Below are positions 56,512-64,000 of a stretch of 64,000 nucleotides of DNA, piece by piece. The stretch lies in NCBI GenBank assembly GCA_964057225.1, contig OZ059896.1, forward strand, positions 21,204,001-21,268,000, written 5' to 3'. Within the stretch, counting starts at the first letter, position 1; each line of letters starts with the position of its first letter. This DNA comes from Auanema rhodensis (lineage: Eukaryota > Animalia > Nematoda). The notes beneath the pieces are model-generated. The model was not told the DNA's origin and did not search any database. It saw nothing but the letters and a program-made list of their open reading frames with translations. The translations under genes and the position numbers were made by a program.

Positions 56512-59500
56512 CGAATGCACTATACTACATTGAGAAACGCTTAATACAAAAATTAGTTATGATCGTTTGAAAAATGATGCATTAGTGTATGTTGAGTTTC
56601 CATGTACACTCAACATTGCTTCCAAAAACATTTTGACAAAAATTCTTTCGAAAAATTTCAAAATAATTTAGCAAAAAGTAGATGTTTTTAGATTCCATTT
56701 CTCAAGGCAAAGACGATGGACAATGTTATTCAACGAAAAAATTAATTCTTCAGGGTGAAAATCGAGGATATAAGTGTGAACTTATATCAGTTGATATCTC
56801 GGTGCATTTTTAAGCTAGCGCAAATCTGATAACACAGATCGACGCAGCTTAAAAATCCGCATCGAATGCACTATACTACATTGAGAAACACTTAATACAA
56901 AAATTAGTTATGATCGTTTGAAAAATGATGCATTAGTGTATGTTGAGTTTCCATGTACACTCAACATTGCTTCCAAAAACATTTTGACAAAAATTTTTTC
57001 GAAAAATTTCAAAATAATTTAGCAAAAAGTAGATGTTTTTAGATTCCATTTCTCAAGGCAAAGACGATGGACAATGTTATTCAACAAAAAAATTAATTCT
57101 TCAGGGTGAAAATCGAGGATATAAGTGTGAACTTATATCAGTTGATATCTCGGTGCATTTTTAAGCTAGCGCAAATCTGATAAAACAGATCGACGCAGCT
57201 TAAAAATCCGCATCGAATGCACTATACTACATTGAGAAACGCTTGATACAAAAATTAGTTATGATCGTTTGAAAAATGATGCATTAGTGTATGTTGAGTT
57301 TCCATGTACACTCAACATTGCTTCCAAAAACATTTTGACAAAAATTCTTTCGAAAAATTTCAAAATAATTTAGCAAAAAGTAGATGTTTTTAGATTCCAT
57401 TTCTCAAGGCAAAGACGATGGACAATGTTATTCAACGAAAAAATTAATTCTTCAGGGTGAAAATCGAGGATATAAGTGTGAACTTATATCAGTTGATATC
57501 TCGGTGCATTTTTAAGCTAGCGGAAATCTGATAAAACAGATCGACGCAGCTTAAAAATCCGCATCGAATGCACTATACTACATTGAGAAACGCTTGATAC
57601 AAAAATTAGTTATGATCGTTTGAAAAATGATGCATTAGTGTATGTTGAGTTTCCATGTACACTCAACATTGCTTCCAAAAACATTTTGACAAAAATTTTT
57701 TCGAAAAATTTCAAAATAATTTAGCAAAAAGTAGATGTTTTTAGATTCCATTTCTCAAGGCAAAGACGATGGACAATGTTATTCAACGAAAAAATTAATT
57801 CTTCAGGGTGAAAATCGAGGATATAAGTGTGAACTTATATCAGTTGATATCTCGGTGCATTTTCAAGCTAGCGCAAATCTGATAACACAGATCGACGCAG
57901 CTTAAAAATCCGGATCGAATGCACTATACTACATTGAGAAACGCTCAATACAAAAATTAGTTATGATCGTTTGAAAAATGATGCATTAGTGTATGTTGAG
58001 TTTCCATGTACACTCAACATTGCTTCCAAAAACATTTTGACAAAAATTTTTTCGAAAAATTTCAAAATAATTTAGCAAAAAGTAGATGTTTTTAGATTCC
58101 GTTTTTCAAGGCAAAGACGATGGACAATGTTATTCAACGAAAAAATTAATTCTTCAGGGTGAAAATCGAGGATATAAGTGTGAACTTATATCAGTTGATA
58201 TCTCGGTGCATTTTTAAGCTAGCGCAAATCTGATAACACAGATCGACGCAGCTTAAAAATCCGCATCGAATGCACTATACTACATTGAGAAACGCTTGAT
58301 ACAAAAATTAGTTATGATCGTTTGAAAAATGATGCATTAGTGTATGTTGAGTTTCCATGTACACTCAACATTGCTTCCAAAAACATTTTGACAAAAATTT
58401 TTTCGAAAAATTTCAAAATAATTTAGCAAAAAGTAGATGTTTTTAGATTCCTTTTTTCAAGGCAAAGACGATAGACAATGTTATTCAACGAAAAAATTAA
58501 TTCTTCAGGGTGAAAATCGAGGATATAAGTGTGAACTTATATCAGTTGATATCTCGGAGCATTTTTAAGCTAGCGCAAATCTGATAACACAGATCGACGC
58601 AGCTTAAAAATCCGCATCGAATGCACTATACTACATTGAGAAACGCTTGATACAAAAATTAGTTATGATCGTTTGAAAAATGATGCATTAGTGTATGTTG
58701 AGTTTCCATGTACACTCAATATTGCTTCCAAAAACATTTTGACAAAAATTTTTTCGAAAAATTTCAAAATAATTTAGCAAAAAGTAGATGTTTTTAGATT
58801 CCATTTTTCAAGGCAAAGACGATGGACAATGTTATTCAACGAAAAAATTAATTCTTCAGGATGAAAATCGAGGATATAAGTGTGAACTTATATCAGTTGA
58901 TATCTCGGTGCATTTTTAAGCTAGCGCAAATCTGATAACACAGATCGACGCAGCTTAAAAATCCGCATCGAATGCACTATACTACATTGAGAAACGCTTA
59001 ATACAAAAATTAGTTATGATCGTTTGAAAAATGATGCATTAGTGTATGTTGAGTTTCCATGTACACTCAACATTGCTTCCAAAAACATTTTGACAAAAAT
59101 TTTTTCTAAAAATTTCAAAATAATTTAGCAAAAAGTAGATGTTTTTAGATTCCATTTTTCAAGGCAAAGACGATGGACAATGTTATTCAACGAAAAAATT
59201 AATTCTTCAGGGTGAAAATCGAGGATATAAGTGTGAACTTATATCAGTTGATATCTCGGTGCATTTTTAAGCTAGCGCAAATCTGATAACACAGATCGAC
59301 GCAGCTTAAAAATCCGGATCGAATGCACTATACTACATTGAGAAACGCTTGATACAAAAATTAGTTATGATCGTTTGAAAAATGATGCATTAGTGTATGT
59401 TGAGTTTCCATGTACACTCAACATTGCTTCCAAAAACATTTTGACAAAACTTTTTTCGAAAAATTTCAAAATAATTTAGCAAAAAGTAGATGTTTTTAGA

Positions 59501-59800
59501 TTCCATTTCTCAAGGCAAAGACGATGGACAATGTTATTCAACGAAAAAATTTATTCTTCAGGGTGAAAATCGAGGATATAAGTGTGAACTTATATCAGTT
59601 GATATCTCGGTGCATTTTCAAGCTAGCGCAAATCTGATAACACAGATCGACGCAGCTTAAAAATCCGGATCGAATGCACTATACTACATTGAGAAACGCT
59701 CAATACAAAAATTAGTTATGATCGTTTGAAAAATGATGCATTAGTGTATGTTGAGTTTCCATGTACACTCAACATTGCTTCCAAAAACATTTTGACAAAA
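56512..59800. repeat. Truncated, internally deleted third copy of the block-2 higher-order unit
   Basis: Same marker order as 51949-55458 (ATTCTTTCG, CAACAAAA+ATAAAAC, GCGGAA, TTTTCAAG, AAAACTTTT at 59450) but one monomer shorter. Confidence 0.8.
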
Positions 59801-61776
59801 ATTTTTTCGAAAAATTTCAAAATAATTTAGCAAAAAGTAGATGTTTTTAGATTCCGTTTTTCAAGGCAAAGACGATGGACAATGTTATTCAACGAAAAAA
59901 TTAATTCTTCAGGGTGAAAATCGAGGATATAAGTGTGAACTTATATCAGTTGATATCTCGGTGCATTTTTAAGCTAGCGCAAATCTGATAACACAGATCG
60001 ACGCAGCTTAAAAATCCGCATCGAATGCACTATACTACATTGAGAAACGCTTGATACAAAAATTAGTTATGATCGTTTGAAAAATGATGCATTAGTGTAT
60101 GTTGAGTTTCCATGTACACTCAACATTGCTTCCAAAAACATTTTGACAAAAATTTTTTCGAAAAATTTCAAAATAATTTAGCAAAAAGTAGATGTTTTTA
60201 GATTCCATTTTTCAAGGCAAAGACGATGGACAATGTTATTCAACGAAAAAATTAATTCTTCAGGGTGAAAATCGAGGATATAAGTGTGAACTTATATCAG
60301 TTGATATCTCGGTGCATTTTTAAGCTAGCGCAAATCTGATAACACAGATCGACGCAGCTTAAAAATCCGCATCGAATGCACTATACTACATTGAGAAACA
60401 CTTAATACAAAAATTAGTTATGATCGTTTGAAAAATGATGCATTAGTGTATGTTGAGTTTCCATGTACACTCAACATTGCTTCCAAAAACATTTTGACAA
60501 AAATTTTTTCGAAAAATTTCAAAATAATTTAGCAAAAAGTAGATGTTTTTAGATTCCATTTCTCAAGGCAAAGACGATGGACAATGTTATTCAACGAAAA
60601 AATTAATTCTTCAGGGTGAAAATCGAGGATATAAGTGTGAACTTATATCAGTTGATATCTCGGTGCATTTTTAAGCTAGCGGAAATCTGATAAAACAGAT
60701 CGACGCAGCTTAAAAATCCGCATCGAATGCACTATACTACATTGAGAAACGCTTGATACAAAAATTAGTTATGATCGTTTGAAAAATGATGCATTAGTGT
60801 ATGTTGAGTTTCCATGTACACTCAATATTGCTTCCAAAAACATTTTGACAAAAATTTTTTCGAAAAATTTCAAAATAATTTAGCAAAAAGTAGATGTTTT
60901 TAGATTCCATTTTTCAAGGCAAAGACGATGGACAATGTTATTCAACGAAAAAATTAATTCTTCAGGATGAAAATCGAGGATATAAGTGTGAACTTATATC
61001 AGTTGATATCTCGGTGCATTTTTAAGCTAGCGCAAATCTGATAACACAGATCGACGCAGCTTAAAAATCCGCATCGAATGCACTATACTACATTGAGAAA
61101 CGCTTAATACAAAAATTAGTTATGATCGTTTGAAAAATGATGCATTAGTGTATGTTGAGTTTCCATGTACACTCAACATTGCTTCCAAAAACATTTTGAC
61201 AAAAATTTTTTCGAAAAATTTTAAAATAATTTAGCAAAAAGTAGATGTTTTTAGATTCCATTTTTCAAGGCAAAGACGATGGACAATGTTATTCAACGAA
61301 AAAATTAATTCTTCAGGGTGAAAATCGAGGATATAAGTGTGAACTTATATCAGTTGATATCTCGGTGCATTTTTAAGCTAGCGCAAATCTGATAACACAG
61401 ATCGACGCAGCTTAAAAATCCGGATCGAATGCACTATACTACATTGAGAAACGCTCAATACAAAAATTAGTTATGATCGTTTGAAAAATGATGCATTAGT
61501 GTATGTTGAGTTTCCATGTACACTCAACATTGCTTCCAAAAACATTTTGACAAAAATTTTTTCGAAAAATTTCAAAATAATTTAGCAAAAAGTAGATGTT
61601 TTTAGATTCCATTTTCCAAGGCAAAGACGATGGACAATGTTATTCAACGAAAAAATTAATTCTTCAGGGTGAAAATCGAGGATATAAGTGTGAACTTATA
61701 TCAGTTGATATCTCGGTGCATTTTTAAGCTAGCGCAAATCTGATAACACAGATCGACGCAGCTTAAAAATCCGCAT

Positions 61777-62128
61777 CGAATGCACTATACTACATTGAGA
61801 AACGCTTGATACAGAAAATAAGTTATGATCGTTTGAAAAATGATGCATTAGTGTATGTTGAGTTTCCATGTACACTCAACATTGCTTCCAAAAACATTTT
61901 GACAAAAATTTTTTCGAAAAATTTCAAAATAATTTAGCAAAAAGTAGATGTTTTTAGATTCCTTTTTTCAAGGCAAAGACGATGGACAATGTTATTCAAC
62001 GAAAAAATTTTTTCTTCAGGGTGAAAATCGAGGATATATGTGTGAACTTATATCAGTTGATATCTCGGTGCATTTTCAAGCTAGCGCAAATCTGATAACA
62101 CAGATCGACGCAGCTTAAAAATCCGCAT
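61777..62128. repeat. Divergent 352-bp monomer with the only observed net indel
   Basis: ACAGAAAATAAGTT replaces consensus ACAAAAATTAGTT (+1 at about 61814). It also has AA>TT at 62010-62011 and GGATATATG at 62039. Downstream register is shifted by +1. Confidence 0.9.
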
Positions 62129-64000
62129 CGAATGCACTATACTACATTGAGAAACGCTTAATACAAAAATTAGTTATGATCGTTTGAAAAATGATGCATT
62201 AGTGTATGTTGAGTTTCCATGTACACTCAATATTGCTTCCAAAAACATTTTGACAAAAATTTTCTCGAAAAATTTCAAAATAATTTAGCAAAAAGTAGAT
62301 GTTTTTAGATTCCATTTTTCAAGGCAAAGACGATGGACAATGTTATTCAACGAAAAAATTAATTCTTCAGGGTGAAAATCGAGGATATAAGTGTGAACTT
62401 ATATCAGTTGATATCTCGGTGCATTTTTAAGTTAGCGCAAATCTGATAACACAGATCGACGCAGCTTAAAAATCCGCATCGAATGCACTATACTACATTG
62501 AGAAACGCTTGATACAAAAATTAGTTATGATCGTTTGAAAAATGATGCATTAGTGTATGTTGAGTTTCCATGTACACTCAACATTGCTTCCAAAAACATT
62601 TTGACAAAAATTTTTTCGAAAAATTTCAAAATAATTTAGCAAAAAGTAGATGTTTTTAGATTCCATTTTTCAAGGCAAAGACGATGGACAATGTTATTCA
62701 ACGAAAAAATTAATTCTTCAGGGTGAAAATCGAGGATATAAGTGTGAACTTATATCAGTTGATATCTCGGTGCATTTTTAAGTTAGCGCAAATCTGATAA
62801 CACAGATCGACGCAGCTTAAAAATCCGCATCGAATGCACTATACTACATTGAGAAACGCTTGATACAAAAATTAGTTATGATCATTTGAAAAATGATGCA
62901 TTAGTGTATGTTGAGTTTCCATGTACACTCAATATTGCTTCCAAAAACATTTTGACAAAAATTTTCTCGAAAAATTTCAAAATAATTTAGCAAAAAGTAG
63001 ATGTTTTTAGATTCCATTTTTTGAGGCAAAGACGATGGACAATGTTATTCAACGAAAAAATTAATTCTTCAGGGTGAAAATCGAGGATATAAGTGTGAAC
63101 TTATATCAGTTGATATCTCGGTGCATTTTTAAGCTAGCGCAAATCTGATAACACAGATCGACGCAGCTTAAAAATCCGGATCGAATGCACTATACTACAT
63201 TGAGAAACGCTCAATACAAAAATTAGTTATGATCGTTTGAAAAATGATGCATTAGTGTATGTTGAGTTTCCATGTACACTCAACATTGCTTCCAAAAACA
63301 TTTTGACAAAAATTTTTTCGAAAAATTTCAAAATAATTTAGCAAAAAGTAGATGTTTTTAGATTCCGTTTTTCAAGGCAAAGACGATGGACAATGTTATT
63401 CAACGAAAAAATTAATTCTTCAGGGTGAAAATCGAGGATATAAGTGTGAACTTATATCAGTTGATATCTCGGTGCATTTTTAAGCTAGCGGAAATCTGAT
63501 AAAACAGATCGACGCAGCTTAAAAATCCGCATCGAATGCACTATACTACATTGAGAAACGCTTGATACAAAAATTAGTTATGATCGTTTGAAAAATGATG
63601 CATTAGTGTATGTTGAGTTTCCATGTACACTCAACATTGCTTCCAAAAACATTTTGACAAAAATTTTTTCGAAAAATTTCAAAATAATTTAGCAAAAAGT
63701 AGATGTTTTTAGATTCCGTTTTTCAAGGCAAAGACGATGGACAATGTTATTCAACGAAAAAATTAATTCTTCAGGGTGAAAATCGAGGATATAAGTGTGA
63801 ACTTATATCAGTTGATATCTCGGAGCATTTTTAAGCTAGCGCAAATCTGATAACACAGATCGACGCAGCTTAAAAATCCGCATCGAATGCACTATACTAC
63901 ATTGAGAAACGCTTGATACAAAAATTAGTTATGATCGTTTGAAAAATGATGCATTAGTGTATGTTGAGTTTCCATGTACACTCAATATTGCTTCCAAAAA

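Larger units (their letters stand above)
1..64000. repeat. Tandem satellite DNA array, 351-bp monomer, about 182.3 head-to-tail copies, running off both window ends
   Basis: CGAATGCACT recurs at 1, 352, 703 and so on. Exact 20-monomer register (7020 bp) holds at 7021, 14041, 21061, 28081, 35101, 42121, 49141 and 56161, then shifts by +1 at 63182. Copies differ by a few substitutions, and I saw no unique intervening sequence. Confidence 0.99.

Noticed and set aside
1-64000. CRISPR array or repeat-spacer system
   Set aside because: Palindromic segments are present, but the sequence between them is as conserved as the palindromes. There are no unique spacers and no cas genes.
1-64000. Transposon insertion or strand inversion within the array
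   Set aside because: Continuous 351-bp register and constant orientation leave no room for an insertion or inversion.

Overview
The whole 64-kb window is one uninterrupted head-to-tail tandem array of a 351-bp AT-rich satellite monomer (about 32% GC by hand count of monomer 1; about 182.3 copies, all in one orientation). It looks like eukaryotic heterochromatic, possibly (peri)centromeric, satellite DNA. I cannot name the family or organism. The lack of CpG depletion fits an invertebrate such as an insect, but that is inference. Register is exact from 1 to about 61813, and the only net length change I found is a 1-bp insertion at about 61814. Copies differ by only a few SNPs. These SNPs reveal nested higher-order duplications of 2, 3, 4, 5, 11-12 and 16 monomers, including two different, adjacent 16-mer (5616-bp) tandem duplications. 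The monomer is rich in dyad symmetry, with four separate inverted-repeat modules. There are no credible genes, RNA genes, CRISPR arrays or transposon insertions. The six 65-aa ORFs are by-products of a single stop-removing SNP. I found no evidence of a new protein-coding system; the interest lies in array architecture and monomer structure. Offsets quoted are positions within a monomer whose start is defined as CGAATGCACT (window position 1+351n).
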